Positions 38,611 through 47,532 of a DNA stretch of 64,000 nucleotides are shown here, one piece after another. This stretch comes from a virus (Duplodnaviria; Heunggongvirae; Uroviricota; Caudoviricetes): positions 59,159-123,158 of IMG/VR virus record IMGVR_UViG_3300014024_000069, one strand, 5' to 3'. Both the position numbers and the translations under genes were made by a program. The notes beneath the pieces are model-generated. The model was not told the DNA's origin. It worked only from the letters and a program-made list of their open reading frames with translations, and did no database searches. The stretch's first letter is position 1; every line of letters starts with the position of its first letter.

Positions 38611-41600
38611 TTACCATTTGCGGTTGCCTTTCCACATTGCTTCTATTGTGGGGTCTAGGCGTTGTCCGCTGGGGATTGGGTTGCCGAGTTCTTGTGGGTG
38701 TTTTGCGTTGAGTGGGCGGAATAAGTAGGGGCCTACGTTGGGGCGTAGGACGCTGGTGTTTACGCTCACTTGGTCGGGTTGTGGGGCATCGTCGGTAGAT
38801 GATTCTGCTATCTTCCCGTTACCTACATACATCCATGTGTGATGTCCATCATAGGAGCCTAGATCTGCTTCATTGACAAATAGGTCTCCTGGTTTGAGGT
38901 CTTCTATTTTAATATTTGAGGATGTTTGCGGGGTTGCGAGGGTAATGTTTTGTTTTCCCTGCATATTAGTGACAAGCTGGCTTGTGACAAAGGGAGATGC
39001 GTTGACATCGCCAAACCAGATCCCAGCTCCGTTCCAATATGCCCATGACACGAAACTTGAACAGTCGGTGTAAGTAGGTCGTGGGTTAGTCAACGTGGTA
39101 CGCAAACTGCTCATACTGTAGTAGGTTTTAAGTCCCTGGAACTGGCCTGTTTCGTTGGCGTAGTCGGTGGCGATTTTCACGACACGCCCGCTGAGGGTGT
39201 TTTCGTTAACGTCCATTTGACCGCCCTCGCCCTTGCTGCTGAGTGAGGATGCGTCGCATTCCGCGCCGACCTCGGCAAAGATGGTGGGCGACGTGTCGGT
39301 GGACAGTGCGTCTGCTTTAAGGTCGCGGGATAGGCGCACCTCGATTTGGCGTGCCGCGTCCCAGTATTTGTCAACGAGTCCCATTTCCACGCCGGTGCTT
39401 GTTCCTGCTTGTCCTTCACCGAGCACGGATCCTTGGACGCGGGAGGCTGCTGTGTTCCATTCTCCTTGTGAGCTGGCGGGGGTGAGTCCTTGTGATTTTC
39501 CTTTGAGCCGGTCGAAGAAGAGCTGCGCCGCGAATCCGGGGTCCATTGCGCGTTCCCACACGGCCCATGTTTGCTGTTCGGCGCGGCTGCCGTCGGGGTT
39601 GAGCTGTACCTGCTGTTGATAAATACCAACGGAGTTCAGGTCGGAGTCGCTGTCGATTTCACGCCTCGGATCGTCCATTGATTTCGCCATGTATTCGGAT
39701 CCGCCGGGAATGATGGAACCGCTACCACCTAGCGGTGAGGCTACACCGTTGGTGGGTGATTTGCCGCGCCACGGCCTGCCGCCGTAGTTGCCGTAGTTAG
39801 TGAAACGGGTCTCATTGAAACTGATTTTCAGTGCGGACAGCACTGCTCGTTTGTCGAACCCCATTTTCTGCCCCACGGCAATGATGGTGCGGATATTGTT
39901 GATTTGGTTGGCAGTGAACATGCCGTCACCCTCGGTGACTTTATGCGGGTCAGAGACACTGTTCCCACCACCACCTGATTGTTGCTGGTGCTGGGCGGGT
40001 GCTTGCGCACGTCCCCCGCCAGCGTTGCCTCCACTGTTGCTTCTCCCCCCACCGTTGTTGTGACCACCATTTTGGCGCGCCGCTGCCGGTGCGCTGACAC
40101 CCCCGCCGCCTGCAGGTGCTGCGGCTGCGGCTTGCCCTGGGTTTAACTTGGTGGACTTATCCAAATAGGGTTGCGGGTTGGTGCTACTTGCGGCACCACC
40201 TTTCCAGCCCCCAGGGTGGATTTCAAAGTGCAGGTGCGGGCCTGATGATTGACCCTCGCTGCCTTGTTTAGCGATGACTTGACCTGCTTTAACCTTGTCG
40301 CCTGCCTTAACCCGGAAGGTACTGATGTGCATGTGCCCGTACACGTGGTCAATTACTTGCCCGTTGATGTTGGATTCAATGACAATCCAGTATCCGAAAC
40401 CGCTGGCGGCGCCGGCTTGTTTCACGGTGCCGTCTGCCCATGCGAGGATTTCATCACTTCCACCAGCTGCGGTGGCAATGTCCATGCCGTAGTGGTTTTC
40501 GCGCCCTGGTCCACGGTAAGGGCTGGTCACAACTGCCCCGTTGTACATGGGGTAGATGAGTTTACCCTCGAAGTTGCCGCCCGCGCCTGCGCGGCAACCG
40601 GATCCGTCATTATCGACGTTGGGCAGCCCGTCCGCCACGGCACTGCGGGCACCTTCCAGGTAGTTTTGGTATTTGCCTGAGCTGTAGCCCTTGAAGCCTG
40701 CCCACCCGTCACGGTCTTTGGCGACCTTGGCCACGCGCACATTGTTCCATGCGTTTTCTAGTTTCTCTGACCATTGGTCCGCCTCGCCACCGTATTTGGT
40801 GTCTTTATTAATACCGAACAAGCCCTTGTGCTTCCCGGAAGACCACCCAGGATCCCCGCCTGAGATTGACAGAGCGACAGCGGCCGAGTGAATGGAATCC
40901 TCGTCGTTGAAACCGGCTTTCCTGGCGATGGCAACCAGCTCACCAACGGTGTACTTTTTGCCTTCTTTTGGCGGTCCAATAGCATCACCACATGTGGTTC
41001 CTGATTCGCTATCAGCATAAGAGTCGCTGCCAGCCTCATTGTCGTAGCGTTGGCACAGGTCATTGTCGGAAGGGTCGTCGTTTTTCATGATGGACGTGCC
41101 GCTGATGCTGCCAATCCCCGCTGCCATTGCGATGAGAATCACAATAAGAAGAATGGAGCCTGCCGCCACCAAGGCTGTGCCCACGCCACCAACGTTGCCG
41201 AGTCCAGGGATGTTAGACATGCCCATTTGCGGGGGTTTGCGTGGCGGCATGCTGCCGCCCATCTTGTCGTCATCGTCTTTGTTGCGTTTCGGTTTGTCAC
41301 GCATCTGGTCGCCGGTGACATCATCTTCTAGGTTGGATTGTGGACCGGCACCCACTTCCCTGCCAGCGAGTCCGCCCCTGTTGGTTCTGGGCACACCGAA
41401 CAGGTCTTTAGGTGTGGCAGCATCCCCACCAACACCCTCTGCGTCTGGGGTGTTTTTCTTACCCGCAAGGTGCCCTTGTTTGTTGGCGGCGTTGGTGCTT
41501 AATGCCTCTGGATCCGCGTTTTTATCAGGATTACCGAACGGATTCTTCCCATTCGGCTTCCCTAGTGGAGTGCCAAAAGGATTGTTCTTACCATTGGTGT

Positions 41601-42501
41601 TGGCGGCACCGGTTGGTTGCGCTCCACCATTGCTGAACAGTCCACCATCCCCGAAACCGCCGAGCTTGTCTATGTCGCTGGGGTCGGTGGGCAATTCCTC
41701 CAGGATTGGTTCATCATTCCCGCCATCGCCACCGCTGGCGGATTTGCCTGCTGGGGTTCCCGCGCCGCCTGCCGCACCATCAGGGGTTCTTTCAGCACCC
41801 CCTGGCGGCTGTTCCCCCTGCCCAGTGCGGCGTGGTTCCCCGCTGTTGTCGCGGGGTGTGGCATTGTCTGTGGGGCTGCTGGTGTCTTTTTCTGTGCCGC
41901 TGAGGCTCGCGGCGTTCGCATCGGTGGGGCGGGACTCGTCGCGGGGTGTTGTAGTATCCCAGGGGTTGTTTCTATTCGTGTCCTTGCCTGGTGTTCCGAA
42001 TAGGTTGGCTGCGTTTTTCTCGCCGGCGCCGTTTCCGTCGTCGCGGTTGTTGCCTAGCCCGAAGGGATCCTGCGGGTCATCACTATTTCCCGATTCGTCG
42101 CTGTATCGATTATTGGGGTAGTCTTCTGCACTGTTGGCGGGTTCCCCATCGCGGGGTTTTTCGTTGATGTCGTTGAACTGTACGTCATCGCCGTCTGGGT
42201 TGCGGGTGATACGGGGTTGTGCGCTGCGGTCGCCTGATGCGCGATGAACGAATCTCGCTTCCTCCTCAGGCATATCCACAAGGTGGGAGTAGTCGTTGTA
42301 TACCCCATCGTTCATTGTGAGGGGTGAGGGGTTGTTTCCCGCTCCGATTCCATCGGCAAGGTTACTTGCCTCCTGGTCGGTGAGGTTTTGTCCTTCTAAT
42401 TGTTCCCCTAGTTCGCGGGCTGTGCGCTCGTTGTCGCGTTCCAGCGATGAGCGGATTTCCTCATTGATGTTGTCGTCATTTGGTGTGTTTTTTTGTGCCA
42501 T
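38611..42501 (-). CDS. 1296-aa membrane-anchored multi-domain peptidoglycan hydrolase: ~450-aa G/P/N/D-rich low-complexity N-terminal region, one TM helix, lysozyme/transglycosylase-like module, M23 (LytM) peptidase, and a C-terminal NlpC/P60 cysteine peptidase
   Basis: TM helix ALVAAGSILLIVILIAMAAGIG. The M23 signature is HYGMDIATAAG...DHVYGHMHIS...GPHLHFEIHPGG. The NlpC/P60 module is TYTDCSSFVSWAYWNGAGIW...GDLFVNEADLGSYDGHHTWMYVGNGKIAESS (Cys...His...His). The SLT-like segment is ...VALSISGGDPGWSSGKHKGLFGIN.... Confidence 0.8.
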   Translation of the reverse strand: MAQKNTPNDDNINEEIRSSLERDNERTARELGEQLEGQNLTDQEASNLADGIGAGNNPSPLTMNDGVYNDYSHLVDMPEEEARFVHRASGDRSAQPRITRNPDGDDVQFNDINEKPRDGEPANSAEDYPNNRYSDESGNSDDPQDPFGLGNNRDDGNGAGEKNAANLFGTPGKDTNRNNPWDTTTPRDESRPTDANAASLSGTEKDTSSPTDNATPRDNSGEPRRTGQGEQPPGGAERTPDGAAGGAGTPAGKSASGGDGGNDEPILEELPTDPSDIDKLGGFGDGGLFSNGGAQPTGAANTNGKNNPFGTPLGKPNGKNPFGNPDKNADPEALSTNAANKQGHLAGKKNTPDAEGVGGDAATPKDLFGVPRTNRGGLAGREVGAGPQSNLEDDVTGDQMRDKPKRNKDDDDKMGGSMPPRKPPQMGMSNIPGLGNVGGVGTALVAAGSILLIVILIAMAAGIGSISGTSIMKNDDPSDNDLCQRYDNEAGSDSYADSESGTTCGDAIGPPKEGKKYTVGELVAIARKAGFNDEDSIHSAAVALSISGGDPGWSSGKHKGLFGINKDTKYGGEADQWSEKLENAWNNVRVAKVAKDRDGWAGFKGYSSGKYQNYLEGARSAVADGLPNVDNDGSGCRAGAGGNFEGKLIYPMYNGAVVTSPYRGPGRENHYGMDIATAAGGSDEILAWADGTVKQAGAASGFGYWIVIESNINGQVIDHVYGHMHISTFRVKAGDKVKAGQVIAKQGSEGQSSGPHLHFEIHPGGWKGGAASSTNPQPYLDKSTKLNPGQAAAAAPAGGGGVSAPAAARQNGGHNNGGGRSNSGGNAGGGRAQAPAQHQQQSGGGGNSVSDPHKVTEGDGMFTANQINNIRTIIAVGQKMGFDKRAVLSALKISFNETRFTNYGNYGGRPWRGKSPTNGVASPLGGSGSIIPGGSEYMAKSMDDPRREIDSDSDLNSVGIYQQQVQLNPDGSRAEQQTWAVWERAMDPGFAAQLFFDRLKGKSQGLTPASSQGEWNTAASRVQGSVLGEGQAGTSTGVEMGLVDKYWDAARQIEVRLSRDLKADALSTDTSPTIFAEVGAECDASSLSSKGEGGQMDVNENTLSGRVVKIATDYANETGQFQGLKTYYSMSSLRTTLTNPRPTYTDCSSFVSWAYWNGAGIWFGDVNASPFVTSQLVTNMQGKQNITLATPQTSSNIKIEDLKPGDLFVNEADLGSYDGHHTWMYVGNGKIAESSTDDAPQPDQVSVNTSVLRPNVGPYLFRPLNAKHPQELGNPIPSGQRLDPTIEAMWKGNRKW

Positions 42502-42857
42502 ATTATTCGTGTCAACCCCGCTGTGGTTGTGGTTAAAGTTTTGCTACGCGATTTGTGAATTATACCGCACCAGTGGTTTCGGAAGTTTCGTTTTGGTGAC
42601 ACAGCAACGGAAACAGAGAATAAGGCAAGGGCAACCAAACAGGAAATCTCTATGTAGCACAGGATGAGCAGTAGGCAAGGGTCCAGTCACCGTGGCAATT
42701 GAACAGTTCTTATAGTGGTTTGTCGCCGCCATATTCCCGAACAAAGAGGACATGAGAAAACCCGCGCTGGACACAGTTACCAAACGCGGGTTACGCTCAT
42801 TGCCTATACACACCTTTACCCCCCTAGAATACAAGAGGGGGTAAGAAGAGGCATAGG

Positions 42858-43889
42858 CTACTTTTTCTTCTTCCTCCGCCTGCGGCGTGGCTTATTGCTC
42901 AGGTAAGCGTTACTAATGACCTTGAAACTTGGCCTACTCAGGAAGTAGGGCGCTTTTCCTTCCTTGTGGTGGAACACTACACCTTCTGCCAACATATCAG
43001 GTTTGACAATAGATTTCATGCCGTCTACCTGCGCAACCAGCTCAGAGGCAGTTTCCGGCAGGGCGAAATCCTCAATGACTGGGACACTGAGTTCATTCAT
43101 CCAGTTTTCCCATTGGTCGCGGGGAACGGGTCGCCCAGTATTGAACACGCCGAACAGGAAGAATCGCTTCTCGTCTAGTCCAAGCTTGTTGCTCTGAACT
43201 TTAGGTCCAGCAACTTCACCTTGGATAGACCACCCTTGTGGAAGGTGCTCCAGCAGGAAGTCAGCATCAAGCACATCATTAAAGTGTGATGTTTCGGGTT
43301 TAAGTTCGGCTTGCCTACCGTAGACACGGAGGGTGCCGCCGTCGTTGACTACGGTCATTGAGTCGCCGTCAACCTTTTCGGTGGCAATCCACGGTTCAGC
43401 TTTGATTTGGTCGTAGAACTTTGCTAGATTCTGCACGCGCTCAGCGTCTGAGCGGATGGCGAAACGGTCATTCCACTCACCCACAACATCGTTGGAGACG
43501 GGCGTTTCAGGCTCGTATTTGGTGATGCCTAGTGTCTCCGACACGTCAACATCGTTGGGCACCCCGTCTAGTTCGGGGAACAATGCCAACGGGAAAAGCA
43601 CACCCTGACTCAGGTTGCCGCGCAAGCGAATGGTCTTAATGACCAGTCGATTTACGCCATCACCAAAGTCTTTTGCCTCGTGCGTCGGTAACCCAAAGCG
43701 TTCATCATTAACGGGGATGGCAGCGTCAATTTCAGCAAACACCGCGCGGTCGCCCTTATGAAAAACGCCTTTGCGCGTGACTACTTCCCATGCGCCGACG
43801 ATGGAGATTTCCAGGGCATCGGCATTTTCCGCTGGTCGAACATCATCAACATTGACGATTCGGACTAGCTTGCGAATATCTTCACTCAT
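42858..43889 (-). CDS. ATP-dependent RNA ligase, Rnl5/DraRnl-type (N-terminal OB-like domain plus nucleotidyltransferase), ~343 aa from the ATG at 43889
   Basis: Strong SD AAGGAGGA 6 nt before the ATG. The N-terminus VRIVNVDDVRPAENADALEISIVGAWEVVTRKGVFHKGDRAVFAEIDAAIP matches the DraRnl/NgrRnl N-domain pattern (..hPnADrLel....g.qvVv.kG.f..GD.vvy...dsvlP). Motif I is ATEKVDGDS (KxDG). Confidence 0.65.
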   Translation of the reverse strand: MSEDIRKLVRIVNVDDVRPAENADALEISIVGAWEVVTRKGVFHKGDRAVFAEIDAAIPVNDERFGLPTHEAKDFGDGVNRLVIKTIRLRGNLSQGVLFPLALFPELDGVPNDVDVSETLGITKYEPETPVSNDVVGEWNDRFAIRSDAERVQNLAKFYDQIKAEPWIATEKVDGDSMTVVNDGGTLRVYGRQAELKPETSHFNDVLDADFLLEHLPQGWSIQGEVAGPKVQSNKLGLDEKRFFLFGVFNTGRPVPRDQWENWMNELSVPVIEDFALPETASELVAQVDGMKSIVKPDMLAEGVVFHHKEGKAPYFLSRPSFKVISNAYLSNKPRRRRRKKKK

Positions 43890-44075
43890 ACATCCTCCTT
43901 TATGTTTTCTTATAGCTTCATCAGTAATTATAGCGGTGTTGTGGACTGCCAGGCAACTTTGGGGGTATTGGGTTCTACCCACTTCCTTCACGATAATCAC
44001 CAGTTTGTGGGGAAGTTGGGGAATGAGGGGCGCAGGGCGTACCGCACTCTGCACCCACAATCCTTACTGGGTAAG

Positions 44076-45509
44076 TCACATCATTTCCAACAGGTGCTTG
44101 ATTCTTTCCCGAATGTATCCGTTCACAAAATCAGGAAGCAGGCTTTGACCTGCGCGCCAGTTGTCGGTTTCCTGCTGTTTTGCCGCAATGATGTAAGCTT
44201 GCGTCATGCAAATCATGGTCGTTTGCAGAAGGTTGTCGTTGGGGGCGGTACAACAGAAAGCAAACAACGAAAGATAGGCCGCATCGTCGAAAACGTCATT
44301 GTCGTACACAAGCCTGAGCAGCCCATCCGCCATGCTTTTTTCGCGGTCAGCGGTGAATGTCTTCCTGTCGTGGATGTGCAGTTCTGTTCCGAGGCGACTT
44401 TTCAGTGTCTCCTCGTTCCATTCCCAACCAACCCTGCGCTCGCGGACAATCTGCATGACCTGCCCTGGGTTCACTTCATCCTCCATCTCTGTTGCGATGC
44501 GCCTCACACTTTGCTCGTATGCTTGCCCCATAAGGGAAACCCCAGCCTTTGTGAGGTAATGAATACGCAGATCAGCGGGTGAGTTAGCGAAAGCTTCCCT
44601 GATGGTGGGGACCACCTTGAAAAAGTTGTCGGTGGAACGGGGGGTGCTTTGAAGCTGCTCCCACGGTATCAGGTCGTCTGGCGACCATTCCTGGGTGATG
44701 GACCTGAATAGGTTTTCCTCATTCTCGGTAACGAATTTTTCCGCAAACTGTCGGGTATAGTCATCTGGTTTTTTCAAAGGGTTGCCAAACCCTGTTTTAA
44801 ACGCTCCTAGCCATCTTTCTGGATCTGGGCACCACGACAAATGCCCACAACGGTTAATCAAAGCCTCCGACAACGGAATGGTGGTAGCAACCGTGTTCGG
44901 GGGGTTAGCGGCACAAACAACCGTTGTGTAATCCGAAATATCAACACCACCATAGTTCTGGTGGGTCATAAGACCAAGCAGCGCGTTCTGCTGCGCGGGC
45001 GAACATGTCGTCAACTCGTCCAAAAACAGGATAGTCAGCCCATCAAAGTTGTTGAAATACTGAATCACCTCATCAACCACGTTAGGGACAGCACGTTCAG
45101 TAATATATTTCTGTGTAGCGTGATCCTGAACAACCGTCACCAAACCGTGAAACGCCGTGGGATCCTCCGTTGACGGCTGAACCGTAATAACCCTATAAGG
45201 CACCCCCGCCTCATCAACCTCACGGTTCATGGCCTGAATTGTGCGGGTTTTAGCGGCACCCACTGGACCCCACGCAATGGGGATAATCCCAGACCCCATG
45301 TAAATCCGCATCATGTCTTGGGCAAGATCTAGGTCTTTTAAATCCGAAAGACTTTCCAAATGAGGGCCTATAAGCTTATCTACTTTCGACAATGGCTTAA
45401 ACGTGGTTTTGGGGATGAGGTCATCGCCGGTTTTAACACGATCATGAGGTTGTGTACCCCTTTTATCGTGCATCTCTTGAAGAGGTCTTTCAAGTTTTAG
45501 TTGCGCCAT
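44076..45509 (-). CDS. AAA+ ATPase, AAA_5/MoxR-like (477 aa)
   Basis: Walker A GPVGAAKT, Walker B ILFLDELT, sensor-1 region VVCAANP. Confidence 0.65.
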   Translation of the reverse strand: MAQLKLERPLQEMHDKRGTQPHDRVKTGDDLIPKTTFKPLSKVDKLIGPHLESLSDLKDLDLAQDMMRIYMGSGIIPIAWGPVGAAKTRTIQAMNREVDEAGVPYRVITVQPSTEDPTAFHGLVTVVQDHATQKYITERAVPNVVDEVIQYFNNFDGLTILFLDELTTCSPAQQNALLGLMTHQNYGGVDISDYTTVVCAANPPNTVATTIPLSEALINRCGHLSWCPDPERWLGAFKTGFGNPLKKPDDYTRQFAEKFVTENEENLFRSITQEWSPDDLIPWEQLQSTPRSTDNFFKVVPTIREAFANSPADLRIHYLTKAGVSLMGQAYEQSVRRIATEMEDEVNPGQVMQIVRERRVGWEWNEETLKSRLGTELHIHDRKTFTADREKSMADGLLRLVYDNDVFDDAAYLSLFAFCCTAPNDNLLQTTMICMTQAYIIAAKQQETDNWRAGQSLLPDFVNGYIRERIKHLLEMM

Positions 45510-45676
45510 TTTTCCCCTTTTTTGTCAAGTCAGTGAAACGAAAAGTCCACGACAAACATAGCAAAACACCCGCCAGTTTTAATCAAAACAGCAGGTGAAA
45601 GCCAAAAAGCAGAAACGCGACCACACGCAACTAAGCATCATGCGGAAGATAATGCGAGTGAGGTGACACTCGGGGT

Positions 45677-45922
45677 TTAAAACAGCATAGCTTTCTGAAC
45701 GAACGTCCCCTCATTGGGTTCATTCAGTAGGAAATTAATACGCTCAATCTCCCCCACAAGTTCAAGCTCAGCGGGGCCTAACCAGCCCCTCTCCTTCATG
45801 TCCCACACCGTAACGCTCATTGAATCAACCCCCACGGCTGAACGGATCTCCGCCTCTGACTGGGCGCGCCTGTCAAGCAGCATGGTTCGTGACGGACGGT
45901 TGATTTTAATCCCATTGACCAA
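45677..45922 (-). CDS. Small hypothetical protein (81 aa)
   Basis: ORF only. Confidence 0.3.
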   Translation of the reverse strand: MVNGIKINRPSRTMLLDRRAQSEAEIRSAVGVDSMSVTVWDMKERGWLGPAELELVGEIERINFLLNEPNEGTFVQKAMLF

Positions 45923-46085
45923 GTGAAACTACCCCTTTTTGCGATTGTTTGCTTTATTTTCCCAGTAAACAAGAACAACGATACCGAAAGCACTACCCAC
46001 CGGTCAACCCCCTAGACATAAGGAAACCCCAACCGGTCATCATAACCAGGCTGGGGCAGTGAGGTTCAACTTTTAGAGTGAAACC

Positions 46086-46700
46086 CTAAAGCATTCCCTC
46101 GAACATTTTACGCAACTTGGACAAGTCGCTACTTGCCTCCAGGCAGAGTTCCTTACCCAAGAGCGTTCCAAAAAGCATCTTTGCTTCAATAACCGCGAGT
46201 CGATCAACGACATCACGAATTGTCTCGTTGGAGATTACGCGACCATCAAAACCATCCTCATGAAGATCCTCATCATCCTCTAGTTCGTCTTCATCGTTTT
46301 GGTCATCGCCGCAGCACTTGCCGCTGTGGGTAAAGGGCTGCTTGCTGGTGTTTTCCTCAAAAAATCCGAAAGCCTTCTCATTTTCCTTGAGGTATTCCAT
46401 CAGCTCTTCCGGCATGGGCAGGTTGAGGTTCAGTCCAAAAATCACAGAATCCGCATCAGTTTCGTCTTCCTCTGGCTGTTCTGCAGTGTTTAGAGGCTCA
46501 TTTTCTTTTACTTTGAGACCAATGGGGCGGAGTCCATGCTTTTCTTTCAGATGATGGACAAGATCATCAAAGCTTTCATCCCCCTTGCCTTCATTGAAAC
46601 GCTTGGTGCGATCCTTTTTGTTTTCTTCCACTGCGTTTGATAGAGCCTTTGTCACAATGCTAAAAACTTCAAACAGATTGAACTCATTATTTTTGTTCAT
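46086..46700 (-). CDS. Acidic hypothetical protein (~204 aa from the ATG at 46700)
   Basis: ORF with AAGGG before the internal ATG; highly acidic (DDEDELEDDEDLHEDG). Confidence 0.45.
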   Translation of the reverse strand: MNKNNEFNLFEVFSIVTKALSNAVEENKKDRTKRFNEGKGDESFDDLVHHLKEKHGLRPIGLKVKENEPLNTAEQPEEDETDADSVIFGLNLNLPMPEELMEYLKENEKAFGFFEENTSKQPFTHSGKCCGDDQNDEDELEDDEDLHEDGFDGRVISNETIRDVVDRLAVIEAKMLFGTLLGKELCLEASSDLSKLRKMFEGML

Positions 46701-46704
46701 ATTC

Positions 46705-47499
46705 CTACCCTTTGTAGTCGTCAAGAATTTCCATTTTGGAAACCCTCACCTTTTCCTGCTCAACATCACCGATGCGTGAAATAACATCCTCTGGGGCAAA
46801 TGCGACTTTCACGATGCGCCCGTAAGGGTGAACGCTAGAGAAACGTTGAGCATAAAGAAGTGTACCAACATGCAGCCCAATAGAGCAAGCCGTTGAGCTG
46901 TGGTCTGTCACTTCAACTGGGAACTCAATAATGTTTCCTGGTTTGTTGCTGAGCTGAGAGTTCATGGGAATACCATTAACCACCCCATATCCAGAGTGCC
47001 AGCTAAGGTACTCTGGTCCAAAAACTGCACGATAACCGAGTATCCGACCATCATTGAGGATTCCCAGCTCAGGGTTGACGCTCACCCACCTGGACAAAGC
47101 CTTATGGGTATAGGGGCGAGGGTTTGCCATGACACGCTTGACAAACCTCATGACACGCGGCATATCTTTTTCACTGCGAATGCTTGACAATATGGATGCC
47201 GAGCCTGCTGGGAAAGTGAAGCCTTCCCGCGTGGAGACGCTGCCGTCTTTATTAAGGGTTAGCCCATACTTATCGCGGATGGACTGCATGCGCGCCTTCG
47301 CGTCTGACTTACTACGCCCCTTCTCATCAACTACGGACTTGATTGCATCAAAACTATTTGACGGGTTTCCCACAAGCTCCATTAGCTCAGGAATAATCTC
47401 GTCATCAGAGCAGCTTATAGAACGTCCCGTCATTACATCAGTGATAAACAACGTGTCTACACCTGTTGTTGTGTTTCGTGTTTTCCTATAGAAAATCAT
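46705..47499 (-). CDS. Hypothetical protein (264 aa)
   Basis: AAAGGAACATG start context; no motif recognised. Confidence 0.5.
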   Translation of the reverse strand: MIFYRKTRNTTTGVDTLFITDVMTGRSISCSDDEIIPELMELVGNPSNSFDAIKSVVDEKGRSKSDAKARMQSIRDKYGLTLNKDGSVSTREGFTFPAGSASILSSIRSEKDMPRVMRFVKRVMANPRPYTHKALSRWVSVNPELGILNDGRILGYRAVFGPEYLSWHSGYGVVNGIPMNSQLSNKPGNIIEFPVEVTDHSSTACSIGLHVGTLLYAQRFSSVHPYGRIVKVAFAPEDVISRIGDVEQEKVRVSKMEILDDYKG

Positions 47500-47532
47500 G
47501 TTCCTTTGGTCCTTACTGGTAGTTTAGTTTTC

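Noticed and set aside
41063-42121. 352-aa + strand ORF antisense inside the large hydrolase gene, and similar antisense ORFs (39233..39619, 40249..40680, 43902..44582, 51477..51761, 60448..61047)
   Set aside because: They lie antisense to strongly supported genes, have low-complexity compositions (P/S/A or G/V-rich), and lack start-site signals.
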